In this document: positions 8,817 to 19,340 of the stretch, piece after piece
Position numbering within the stretch: position 1 is the stretch's first letter
How the letters are laid out: each line of letters begins with the position of its first letter
Made by a program: the position numbers and the translations under genes
Source: Savitreella phatthalungensis
Lineage: Eukaryota
NCBI GenBank assembly: GCA_051599415.1
Contig: AP039694.1
Location: 248,001 to 312,000 of the forward strand
DNA length: 64,000 nt
Direction: 5' to 3'
The notes under the pieces: generated by a model
Told to the model about the DNA's origin: nothing
What the model saw: the letters and a program-made list of their open reading frames with translations, nothing else
Databases searched by the model: none

Positions 8817-11174
8817 ATGTCTGCGCTGTGGTCACATCTCAAGACTCGTCTGACCTTCGACACGCCTTCACGAGATGAGCAGGTCAAAGCGCGCTTCAGA
8901 CTTCCATCGACCGAGAAGCTTCTCTATGAATCTATGATCGAGTTCAATCTCGCCACGGAATCCGTCGCTAGCCAAACTTCGATCGGTACCCTCTTCCTCT
9001 GCAACTCGTACCTTTGCTATCAATCATCGGACAGGAGCAGTGCATACTTTGTCCTCCCACTCTATGCAATCCGCAGAGTGGAACGTCTCAAGCACAAGGC
9101 TTTTCAGTACGCGCTTAGCATCCAGACATGGCACAAGGATCAGACGCTTACCGTCTTGTTTGTTGGTATGCGTCATCATAGTGAACAATTCTGTGATCAG
9201 CTCAAGCGAGGCCTTCAAGAGCAGCTTTCTAACATGCGCATTCTCAAGCCGTTTCTTCGAGGCTGCTGGTCCGAGCACTTCATATCAGATGACGGTGAAG
9301 AGCCGCCTGCAGGTATGGGTCGAGAGTTTGGATACCCTGGCGACCCGAAGAAGCTGAAAGAGAAGTCGAAACTCCGGCTCTGGAAGGAGTACCTTCTGCA
9401 AAACGGACGAAATCTGACGCTTGTCCGATTCCCAACATTCGGCAAGCTCGTCCGAGTCGGTCTGCCGAACCAGCTGAGAGGCGAGATATGGGAGCTCACG
9501 AGTGGCGCCATGCTGGCAAGATGGGCACATCCGGGAGAGTATCGGCGACTGCAGGATCACAATGTCGGCCGCAGCTCCATCTCCCAGGAAGAGATCGAGA
9601 AGGATCTCAACCGCAGTCTGCCGGAATACCCTGCATATCAGGACAATAATGCTGGCATCGACGCCCTGCGCTCCGTTCTCACAGCGTACTCATGGCGCAA
9701 CCCGGAGCTCGGCTATTGCCAGGCCATGAACATCGTTGTTGCAGCTCTTCTAATCTATACGTCCGAGGAGCAAGCTTTCTGGCTGCTGGATCAGCTATGC
9801 AGCGAAATGCTGCCGGGTTACTACTCCACCACTATGTATGGCACGCTTCTCGACCAGCGAGTGTTTGAAGCACTTGTGCAGCAAACAATGCCGATGCTCT
9901 GGGATCACTTCAAGCGTCATGATCTTCAGCTCAGTCTTATCTCTTTGCCGTGGTTCCTCTCGCTCTACATCAACTCTATGCCGCTCGTCCTCGCGATGCG
10001 CGTTCTTGACTGCTTCTTCCTCGAAGGTCCACGCGTGCTCTTCCAGGTCGGACTCGCCATTCTCAAGCTCAACGGCGAGGCACTGTTAGCTGTTGAGGAC
10101 GATGGCAGCTTTATCGAAACCTTCAAAGCATACTTCCTCATGCTTGACCAGCCTGCACATCCAGACTCGGACAATTCGCGTGTACGTGCAGTGTCGCGGT
10201 TCCAGGAACTCATGGTCGTCGCTTTCCGAGAATTCTCAGCAGTCACGCAAGACACTGTCGTCAGTCTGCGCGCAAAGCACAAAGAGGACACATTGCAATC
10301 GATCGAAGGCTTCGCAAAGCGGTCGCAGCTTCGTGGACTTGACACAGGCAGACTCTCAGCAACCGATGTCTCGAACGTGTACGACCACTTTCAAGTCGCC
10401 TTGTACGAGCGGCGACCTGGATTTGGTGGCGCTACGACGACACGCATGTCCTATACAGCATATCGAACTTTTCTCGCAGGCCTTTCGACCTGGAGCCATG
10501 GCACTGATCACGACTTCCTGCAACGTCTCTTCCGACGCTGGGACAAAGAGCAGGCAGAATCATTGTCGCTGCAGAATGTGGTCACGGGTGTCTCTGACAT
10601 GCAGACCGAAAGTGCGACCCCGATGGAAGGGATCGAGTGGTGGTTCCGGCTGTATGAAGGGCCCGATCAGGTGCTGGGCAGAGACGACGTCTTGCGACTA
10701 TCAGAAGCATTGCTATGGATTCGTCGTGATGAGGCAGATGACGCTTACCTCGCGGGAGTCTCATCCTTCATCAATCTATGCCATCAATTCGGATCATCCT
10801 CCGGCGAGCAAGCTGCACCAGACGACGCAGATATGAGTCTCACATTGCCTGCATTCCGCATGGTTGTTCTGGCAGACGATGCACTTGAGCAATTCTTCAC
10901 CACCTGGCTATCACACTGCTTCAGCATTGTGCCGGTGAAGGACCGTGTCATGGCGGGCGGCATCCGCGGCATCCTCGACGCCGTGGTTCAAGACGGTACC
11001 AAGCTTGCTAGCGAAATCCGCCGGCGTGTGGACGAGGAACGCGACAAGAGGGACAAAGCGAGCAAAGGAGCAGGAGTTCCTTCGAAGGCAGATGATGGCA
11101 AGTCCCTCGACTCTGCAGACATCGAGCAGCGTCCAAGCGAGCGAGATCGTGCATTGCTCATCGACCTCGACTGA
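8817..11174 (+). CDS. GYP2: GRAM + TBC Rab-GAP with EF-hand-like C-terminus (Gyp2/Mdr1)
   Basis: KLVRVGLPNQLRGEIWE, EIEKDLNRSLPEY (Arg finger), GYCQAMNIV (Gln finger), N-terminal GRAM domain. Confidence 0.9.
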   Translation: MSALWSHLKTRLTFDTPSRDEQVKARFRLPSTEKLLYESMIEFNLATESVASQTSIGTLFLCNSYLCYQSSDRSSAYFVLPLYAIRRVERLKHKAFQYALSIQTWHKDQTLTVLFVGMRHHSEQFCDQLKRGLQEQLSNMRILKPFLRGCWSEHFISDDGEEPPAGMGREFGYPGDPKKLKEKSKLRLWKEYLLQNGRNLTLVRFPTFGKLVRVGLPNQLRGEIWELTSGAMLARWAHPGEYRRLQDHNVGRSSISQEEIEKDLNRSLPEYPAYQDNNAGIDALRSVLTAYSWRNPELGYCQAMNIVVAALLIYTSEEQAFWLLDQLCSEMLPGYYSTTMYGTLLDQRVFEALVQQTMPMLWDHFKRHDLQLSLISLPWFLSLYINSMPLVLAMRVLDCFFLEGPRVLFQVGLAILKLNGEALLAVEDDGSFIETFKAYFLMLDQPAHPDSDNSRVRAVSRFQELMVVAFREFSAVTQDTVVSLRAKHKEDTLQSIEGFAKRSQLRGLDTGRLSATDVSNVYDHFQVALYERRPGFGGATTTRMSYTAYRTFLAGLSTWSHGTDHDFLQRLFRRWDKEQAESLSLQNVVTGVSDMQTESATPMEGIEWWFRLYEGPDQVLGRDDVLRLSEALLWIRRDEADDAYLAGVSSFINLCHQFGSSSGEQAAPDDADMSLTLPAFRMVVLADDALEQFFTTWLSHCFSIVPVKDRVMAGGIRGILDAVVQDGTKLASEIRRRVDEERDKRDKASKGAGVPSKADDGKSLDSADIEQRPSERDRALLIDLD

Positions 11175-11401
11175 GAGCATTTTGGCACGTGAGTCATCCC
11201 ACGCACGGCAATCCGCAATTTTGCACGTGCTCTTACGCGATTGCCCAATTGGGAAAAGTTGAAGACTGAAGCATCAAGTTGCAAGGACAGTTGCTTTTGT
11301 CTTAGGTACAAGAATACGCCGTCTCTTCAGGTCCTGAGATACGACCTTTCGCTTCAGTTGACCCTCTTCTCATTCTCTCTAACGGACAGCTGACCGCGGC
11401 C

Positions 11402-12715
11402 ATGGCATCGAGGGCTCCTAATCTCGTCCGGCGACTTGCCACGGCAGCTAAGCTACCCAAACAGCACGACATTCTCATCATTGGTGGAGGCACAGCAGGC
11501 ATCAACATCGCTAATCAGCTAGGACAAGCATACAGACTGCATGATGCTCAAGTACCGCGAATTTCTATCGTTGACGGCGCAGACACACATCACTACCAGC
11601 CAGGCTGGACTTTGGTCGGTGCAGGACTAGCAGACAAGACCGAGCTGAACCGCAAACTTAGCGATATCGTCCCAGATGGCGTCTCGCTGGTCTCGAGTCA
11701 TGTTGCTTCCATCGATGCCGAGCAGAACATCGTGCAGACTTCTGATGGTCAAACGCATGCGTACTCTCATCTGATCGTCTGCCCAGGCATTCGCAGCAAC
11801 CCTGCTGGCGTCCCTGGACTTGCCGAAGCCTTGGAGACAGAGTTTGTTGGCACAATCTACGACTATAGGTATTGCGACAAGGTATGGAACAACATCACCG
11901 GCTTCGAGAAGGGCAACGCGGTCTTCACACACCCAGCAGGCGATGTGAAATGTGCCGGCGCGCCCCAGAAGCTCATGTGGATGGCAGAGGATCACTGGCG
12001 TCGTCAAGGTCGGCGACAGGATATCTCCGTAGAGTTCCACACAGCGTTGCCGCAGATGTTCGGCGTTAATAAGTACTCAGACATTTTGCGTGGGCAAGCA
12101 GACTCGCGCGACGTCAAGCCAAATTTCAAATCTGTGCTACGGGAAGTCGATGCGAAGTCTCGAGTTGCATTCTTCCAGCAGGACGGAGACAAGGTTATCG
12201 AGCGCAAGTACGACTTCCTCCACGCGGTGCCGCCGATGGCACCGCACGCTTTCGTTAAGGACAGCGCAGTAGCCAACCCTGCAGGCTTTGTGGATGTCGA
12301 TAAGGAAACCTTACGGTCTACCAAGTTCGCGAACGTCTGGTCGCTCGGTGATGCTTCCTCGCTTCCGACTTCGAAGACTGCCGCAGCGGTCATGTCACAG
12401 GCACCTATACTCGCTCACAACTTCTACCTTGCGAACGAGCGCAATGCAGACCTAGCGACGGACTCGTCTGCTGCTAAGTACGATGGCTACACGAGTTGTC
12501 CTCTCCTAACCTCGTACGGCGGCCTCCTGCTCGCAGAGTTTGGCTACGGCGGCGAGGTCAAGGAAACTTTCGCCAAATACGGTCTTTCCCAGGACGCGCC
12601 TTCCAGATGGGCGTTCCACCTTAAGAAGGACATCTTCCCGCGTGTCTACTTCGGACCATTCTTAAATGGAGGATGGTACGGTCGCCACGGCCTCGTTCGC
12701 CCTCAATTTGACTGA
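11402..12715 (+). CDS. hmt2: Mitochondrial sulfide:quinone oxidoreductase
   Basis: ILIIGGGTAG FAD motif, HYQPGWTLVGAG, KCAGAPQK, SKTAAA, YDGYTSCPL (both catalytic Cys). Basic presequence. Confidence 0.93.
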   Translation: MASRAPNLVRRLATAAKLPKQHDILIIGGGTAGINIANQLGQAYRLHDAQVPRISIVDGADTHHYQPGWTLVGAGLADKTELNRKLSDIVPDGVSLVSSHVASIDAEQNIVQTSDGQTHAYSHLIVCPGIRSNPAGVPGLAEALETEFVGTIYDYRYCDKVWNNITGFEKGNAVFTHPAGDVKCAGAPQKLMWMAEDHWRRQGRRQDISVEFHTALPQMFGVNKYSDILRGQADSRDVKPNFKSVLREVDAKSRVAFFQQDGDKVIERKYDFLHAVPPMAPHAFVKDSAVANPAGFVDVDKETLRSTKFANVWSLGDASSLPTSKTAAAVMSQAPILAHNFYLANERNADLATDSSAAKYDGYTSCPLLTSYGGLLLAEFGYGGEVKETFAKYGLSQDAPSRWAFHLKKDIFPRVYFGPFLNGGWYGRHGLVRPQFD

Positions 12716-13128
12716 GGGTGTTATCGGACAATCGATCCTCATTCGAACACGACGACCTAAATAGACTACTAACTGCATAATTCACATGACGAGAAGCATA
12801 TCAATCACCTTGACAATCGTAGATGGCGTGAAAGTGGTACCTAAGTGTTTGTGTGTCTTACGCGTTAAGATGTGTCTGATAGTGATTGTCTCAAGCAGTC
12901 TTCAAGTTGTGCATTTGAAGCAAAATTCTTGTTGAATTTTTGATGACACATTCACATGCACAGATTTAACCACAAAATTCACCTTTGCACCCGTAAGTAG
13001 ACCCTGCGTGACAGTATACGTACGTAAGAGCCGCACCCCTACATCATCTTTTAACAGCACCCACGTCCACCCACATATCCACCTTCTACTTCCGCCTCAA
13101 AGGGACGCGCTCAGTGTACAGTAGCCGC

Positions 13129-15327
13129 ATGAAAGAGCTGCTTTCAAGCATGGCTCAAGGGCGCTTGCCTGGCATTCTTCCTGTCAGCATCGCATCACTG
13201 GGTCTACGCGCTGCTGCGAACTTACTCAAGCCAGGGTCACCAGCAGTTGCGCTCTTGACGAGCTGGCGCCACACCCTTGCTCGCTCAGCATCGCTAGCAA
13301 TACCCACACAGACCTCCATACTCGGTCGACGGATACCTCAACCGGCCTTACAGCCGCTCTACCTGAGCCACCCAAATAAGATTGGTCGACGATATGCATC
13401 CTACCGACCTTCACGCGTACGGTTGTCTGATGAGCAGATGGCCGCTCTCGAGCAATCTGCCAACGAAAATCTACAGAACCCGTCACGTCAGGCGGCTTAC
13501 TACAAGGAGATTCGGCATGCCTTCCCAGAAGCCCTGATTGAGCGATACGAGGCTGGCGTGGCAGCGCGAAACGTCCTGTGCGACGAGTACTACGCAGAGG
13601 CTCTCGAAAACACAGGCCAATACGATCGTGCTGAGGCCGTGCGCGAGAGGCTGCTTGGCTACACTTCGTCTCGACCGTCTGCAGGCCCGAGGGCGTCTAG
13701 CAGTCCAGTCTCTCGGTTCTTGGGCAGGGCCAGCAGTGGAGCAGGTGGCTCAGGAGGTGAGCACTCAGCATCGGTTGCGGGTCTTGGTGCAGATAGCGAG
13801 TCGCCCATCCACGTGGTCATGCACCAGCCACGGAGCGCGATGATCCTCGCGTGGGCCAGGTTCCTTCTGAGCTTCGGTCTGACAGTGTACGTGCTCTTGC
13901 TAGTGATAGGTACGGTTGCATCGGCGACAGGATTAGCAGGTGGTGCGCTCGGCAGCATGGACGCCACCAGCAAGCGCGAAGCGTCTGTCAAGGAGATGCC
14001 GAACGTCAAATTCACAGACGTCCAGGGAGTCGATGAAGCAAAAGAGGACCTCCAGGACGTCGTCAACTTCCTCAAAAATCCGAAGAAGTTTACAAGCCTG
14101 GGCGGAAAACTTCCCAAGGGTGTGCTCCTCACCGGTCCTCCCGGCACAGGTAAGACGCTTCTGGCTCGGGCAATCGCCGGCGAAGCAGGCGTACCATTCT
14201 TCTTCATGTCCGGCTCCGATTTCGACGAGATGTTTGTCGGCGTCGGAGCTAAACGCGTTCGCGACCTCTTCGCACAGGCAAAGGCGAAGTCACCCTCCAT
14301 TGTTTTCATCGACGAGCTCGATGCCGTCGGCTCGAAGCGCAACCCGAAGGACTCCGCGCACCTCCGTCAGACTCTGAATCAGCTGCTTGTTGAGCTCGAT
14401 GGCTTTGAGCAGAACTCTGGTGTCGTCTTCATCGGTGCTACAAACTTCCCACAATCGCTCGACAAGGCACTCACTCGCCCGGGACGTTTCGACATCCAGA
14501 TCAACGTGCCTCTACCGGACGTCCGTGGCCGGATGCAGATTCTAGAGCATCACTCGCGCAAGATCAAGGTCTCTGGCGATGTCGACTTCAGCGTTATTGC
14601 GCGTGGTACCTCTGGCTTCTCTGGCGCCGACCTTGCAAACCTAGTCAACCAGGCGGCCATTAAGGCATCTAAGGACATGGCAATCGAGGTCACCATGAAG
14701 GCGCTTGAGTATGCGAAAGACCGAATCATGATGGGCGCAGAGCGCAAGTCCAAATTTACCACCGACGAATCGAAGATGATGACCGCCTGGCACGAAGCTG
14801 GACACGCTCTCGTGGCCTTCCACACACCAGGCGCAATGGAGCCCTACAAGGCAACAATTATGCCCCGAGGTTACTCTCTCGGCATGACCATGCTCCTGCC
14901 TGAGATGGACAAGGACAGTCGGTCACGGAAGGAGTACCAGGCGATGATCGATGTGGCCATGGGTGGCCGTGTTGCGGAGCTTTTGATCTACGGCAAGGAC
15001 AACGTGACTTCTGGCGCTCACTCCGACATCAACAATGCGACCGATGTCGCGAAAGAGATGGTCCTCTCGAATGGCATGAGCGACAAGGTCGGTCCGGTCG
15101 CTCTCTCGAACGACTTGGAAACCCTTTCACCCACAACAAAGGCACTTGTCGAAGCGGAGATCAAGCATTTGATCGAAGGCGCCGAGCAGCGTGCCCTTAA
15201 CATTCTCACCACGCACAAAATCGAACTCGAGCGTCTAGCCAAAGGCCTGTTCGACTACGAGATTCTAGACAAGGAAGAAATGGCTACCATCATGCGCGGT
15301 GAGCAAATCAAGCGCCCGCGAATTTGA
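13129..15327 (+). CDS. YME1: Mitochondrial i-AAA metalloprotease
   Basis: Walker A GPPGTGKT, Walker [20 protein letters not shown]41 HEAGH, one TM. The start may lie in an upstream exon at 12956 (see findings). Confidence 0.93.
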   Translation: MKELLSSMAQGRLPGILPVSIASLGLRAAANLLKPGSPAVALLTSWRHTLARSASLAIPTQTSILGRRIPQPALQPLYLSHPNKIGRRYASYRPSRVRLSDEQMAALEQSANENLQNPSRQAAYYKEIRHAFPEALIERYEAGVAARNVLCDEYYAEALENTGQYDRAEAVRERLLGYTSSRPSAGPRASSSPVSRFLGRASSGAGGSGGEHSASVAGLGADSESPIHVVMHQPRSAMILAWARFLLSFGLTVYVLLLVIGTVASATGLAGGALGSMDATSKREASVKEMPNVKFTDVQGVDEAKEDLQDVVNFLKNPKKFTSLGGKLPKGVLLTGPPGTGKTLLARAIAGEAGVPFFFMSGSDFDEMFVGVGAKRVRDLFAQAKAKSPSIVFIDELDAVGSKRNPKDSAHLRQTLNQLLVELDGFEQNSGVVFIGATNFPQSLDKALTRPGRFDIQINVPLPDVRGRMQILEHHSRKIKVSGDVDFSVIARGTSGFSGADLANLVNQAAIKASKDMAIEVTMKALEYAKDRIMMGAERKSKFTTDESKMMTAWHEAGHALVAFHTPGAMEPYKATIMPRGYSLGMTMLLPEMDKDSRSRKEYQAMIDVAMGGRVAELLIYGKDNVTSGAHSDINNATDVAKEMVLSNGMSDKVGPVALSNDLETLSPTTKALVEAEIKHLIEGAEQRALNILTTHKIELERLAKGLFDYEILDKEEMATIMRGEQIKRPRI

Positions 15328-15371
15328 GCATCTCCAATCCTCTTCAGCACGCATGTCCGTTTTTTCGCGCT

Positions 15372-16827
15372 CTACGCGTTTGGACTTCGGCCTTCTGCAT
15401 TTGTCGACACAAATCGCATTTTCTCGTCGGTGACGGCGAAGACGGAGACCACGTTCCGCATGAAGGTATCTCCGAGGATGATCCGGCTGCTTGGCATCAC
15501 TGCCGACGACATCCGACCGCTTGCTGATTTCAGCTTGATGTCACGTACATCGATGGGAAATTTGACGCCGCCGATGACGACATTGAGCGTGGGCGGGACG
15601 CTTCCAGGGTCACTCGGATTCCAGCCGGCGTTGTATGCTTTCGCGACCGCCGGCGGGACGAGCATGACGGATGTACCACTATCGACTAGCGCCCGTAGCT
15701 TACTGCCTTCCTGCCCCTGTCTCATATCGACCGTGCTTGACCCGGGAAACTCGAATCCGTCAATCTCGATCAAATACTCTGTCCTCTGCCCAGTCACCAT
15801 ATCCCTGCCCTTGAGCGGAGTCTCGACCACCTGCCCATACGTCATCACCGGCGGTATCCCACCAAAACTCAAGTGTCCGCCATTCCCACTCCCTGCCCCG
15901 TCTTCCGACCGCTTGAACGCGATCGCAAACAATCCGCGGTCGATCTGACCCTGCTTGACTGCGGTCGTAAACACGGGATCATAAGTAACAGGTCGGGACG
16001 TATCAGTCTCGATATTGCCAGCATAGTTCGCAGTGTTGGCGGCAAATCCCAACCCGAGCAGCCCCGAAGACTTGCCGTCACCATTCCACGATGCGTTATC
16101 AACCACACTATATAACGTCTGTCAGTCTTGTGCGAACTCGGCCTTGCCTCAAATCCTGGGGCGAAACCTACTTGATTCGCTGGTTAGGGATGGTGAGGTT
16201 GCCGATTTTCAAAGTATCCGTGCCTACGGCGCCGAGCAACTTCTCCCCGTCTCCATACTGGATGGCGAAGTGGGTGTCGGGGAGCTGCTGGAAGGTCGAG
16301 GTGACCTGGAATCCCGGACCGAGTCTGCACGACGTGCTTGCAATCTCCCGAAACCCAGAATCCAAGCACCGAAAAGGGCGGCCGACAACCCAAGTGTCAG
16401 AGCTACCTGTGTCGATAACCATCTTGTAAGGACCGACGCCGCCAATCGACTGTCACCCCACACAAGCGTCAGCGAGCGATGGCATAGGTACGAGAGGGGG
16501 AGCTTCACTTACCACGTCTGTCAGGTAGGCGATGCCGCCACCAACGCCGATCTGCTCGGTCGGTACGGAGGTTGGTCCTTGAGCGAGGGTGTGTTTGTCG
16601 GTGGGGGCTCTGGATGTGACTTGATCGTCGCCCATCTCGCGCATCAGGGCGGCGAGGGCTGCTGGGGAAGGTCCCCGCAAGTTGCGCGGGTGGGTGGTTG
16701 AGATTGCTTCAAAGTCGATGATGTGGTCGGCGATGGGATCCCAGGGGCCGCTAGTGGTGAGTGGCGAGGATGAGGCAAGGCGTAGCCATCCCAATGTCGC
16801 CACCGATGCCAAGACACCTTCACGCAT
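15372..16827 (-). CDS. Secreted pepsin-like (A1) aspartic protease, 3 exons
   Basis: Signal peptide; introns 16450-16512 (GTAAGT..CAG) and 16108-16171 (GTAGGT..CTGAC..TAG) join in frame. Motifs IDTGSSDTW, flap QYGDG, GLLGL, VDSGTS, ILGDTF. Confidence 0.9.
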
Positions 16828-17204
16828 CGCTGAGCTGGATTAAATTCGTTGAGTGGATGGGACAAGAATTTGTAGCTAGGAGGAGATGCGATGGACGGAT
16901 ATCATGAAGGCTCCAGACATCGTTTGTTTGCGACGGTCACCACGACTGATCGACGTTGAGAAATCCGTTTCAACGGTCGATTCTATTTACTTTCGAACCG
17001 ATTGTGTCTCGAGTGAGGCAAACATCACTCACTCCGTGTAACACAAGCTTCATCGATTATAGAAGTCGCATGGTTACTTTCCTGCACGATCGAATGGTGA
17101 TTTTGCTGCGCAGTCTGATTCTATTTTCTATATCATTTGACGCCGTTGAGTGCATAGTAGTGTTAGTGTACGTGTACGTGTGGTTCGTTTAATGGCTGCA
17201 AAGA

Positions 17205-18343
17205 TTAGGTGCAACAGTAACCACCATCGACGCGAATCTCAGAGCCCGTGACATAGGATGATGCATCAGAGGCTAGGAAGACAGCTGCACCCTTGAGTTC
17301 TTCAGGCAGACCCATCCGGCCCATCGGGGTTAGACTCTCCCAAGTCTTCTTCAGGTCAGGCTTTTCATCCAGAATTTTCTTGGTGAGTGCGGTGAGCATG
17401 TAACCAGGGGCGATGGTGTTCACGCGTGCATACTGGGACCATTCTACCGCCAAGCTGGCTGCGAGGTGCTTGACTGCGGCTTTTGAGGCGTTATATGCTG
17501 GGAACAAGATTAGTATAGGCTTTCAAGAAGGCATTGTGGAGATTGTCACTTACGTGCTTGTGGTTGTGGAACGTTGACGATATTGCCGGACATTGAGCCG
17601 ATGCAAATGATCGATCCTCTCCTGCTAGTTTCGATCCAGTGGCGAGCGACACATTGTGCTGTGAGCAGAGTACCGTCGATGTTAACACTATTGAGTTTTC
17701 TGACGCGCTCGATCGGGTAGTCTTGAGCTGCGAAGTTCTCTGTGAAGCCTGCGGAAGTCACAAGGACGTCAATCTTGCCATGCTTTTGGATGATGCCAGC
17801 AATCGTCGCCTTGACACTGTCTTCATTAGAGACGTCACAACCCCATCCGCTTGTCACGGTCTCACGCATAGCAGCTTCCTCGTCGTGACCTGCAAACCAG
17901 GTTCTGAGCTCCTGAGCAGATTCTTCTGCTGCTGAGCCATTCAGATCAACGATCGCTACCTGTGCTCCAGACTCGATGAATCCCTGGGACATCGTGTATC
18001 CTAGGCCACGTGCTCCACCGGTGACGACGCAGACTTTGCCTTCTAGAGTAAAGGAAGAGAGCGTGCGGCTGTAGTGCTTGCCTGTGTCACCCTCGGGTGT
18101 TTCTTCCTTGAGGAATCCATGTCCTGGATACCGGATCTTGATGTTTTCGTCTGTGCCAGCGAATTCTCCTGGTGTAAGATTTGAGGGATGATCGTTGACT
18201 GGTGGAGGTGATGTTCGTAAGGCTGTGGTCGAGAATGCTGGTGCGAGAGAACGAGCTGCTACTGCTGGTACTGCTGGTATTGCTGCTGATGCTCTTGTGG
18301 ATGCTATCAGTCTTGATGATCTTGTTGCTGTACGTGAGAGCAT
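17205..18343 (-). CDS. SDR, D-arabinitol 2-dehydrogenase / sorbose reductase-like, with mitochondrial-type presequence; 2 exons
   Basis: VTGGARGLG, SMSG, NVPQPQAPYNASK after removing intron 17498-17553 (GTAAGT..TACTAAT..CAG), TPMGRMG, VDGGY. Confidence 0.88.
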
Positions 18344-19340
18344 TGTTATTATTGTTGTCGTTGCTGCTGATCAAGTGAATGCTGAAGTATGGTGATAAGT
18401 CTGATGATGTTGATGATGTGAGTGTACTGAGGGTGACGGTGACGATGATGATGATAGTGATGATGATGCTAGTAGTGAAGAAGAAGAAGAAGCCGCGGAT
18501 TAGATCAGATTTGTTTTATCCGTGTAGAAGAAGGACAGTGAGGGCGAGAGGAAGTGACTGGTGTAGGTTGATAGATGAGTTGGGTCTGTATCTTTTGTCC
18601 TTACTGAGCTAAGCTACAGATGATTTCTATGCTTGATGACTCTGATGCTTAGCTTTTTCGCCGAGGATTGTTCCTTCTTGTGTTGGTGAACCTTCTTGCC
18701 TTGCCATGTGCTCCGGTGTAACACCTGCTAGTGCGCTTTCAGATTGGTCACTCCCGCTCTTTCTCCCTAACCCACACCGGTCTGAAGCTGGATTGATATG
18801 GGTGCTCAATGTCGATGGTTTTCAGGTAGATTGCTTCCACATGGGTGGCTATTTTCTACCTATGACGTACTTTCTTCTCACTTTGATTGTCTCTACACTT
18901 TTATTGACTAGGTCCAGATTGTCAAGTTTCACAACGTCCAAAGATCTCTGATCCTCCCGGACGCCATTGGCGGAGAGGAGAGGAAAAATAGAAAATCACA
19001 TTGATGTGAAACTTGACCTGTCAGACGGAATCTCGCCTGATCCTGCTACATTACCACTGAAACTAGAAATTACAGAATCATGAGATCGACAAGGGATCAT
19101 CAGGGGCATTCATCTTCATTCAGGCATATCAGCTGGCTCGAGGGGTGAAGTCAAACCGAGTATCGGAGCACCACTCGCCACTCCCCATCATGACGAATCA
19201 GTGTACACATGCAACCAAACAATCCCTGTGGTGCTGGTGGTAATAACCTTTATTCACCTCCATCCGTATCTACATGCTATTGCTTGAATGATTTTTGGCT
19301 GGGCTGACCTGCACGATTGCTCACATCATCTTCTCGTGTC

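Noticed and set aside
18240..18500. TGA/GCT/GAA triplet runs as a repeat array
   Set aside because: This is simple low-complexity sequence in the SDR presequence and leader, with no spacer-repeat (CRISPR-like) structure.
18765..18773. CCCTAACCC as a possible telomerase RNA template
   Set aside because: It is an isolated 9-mer in the SDR upstream region with no recognisable pseudoknot or CR4/5.
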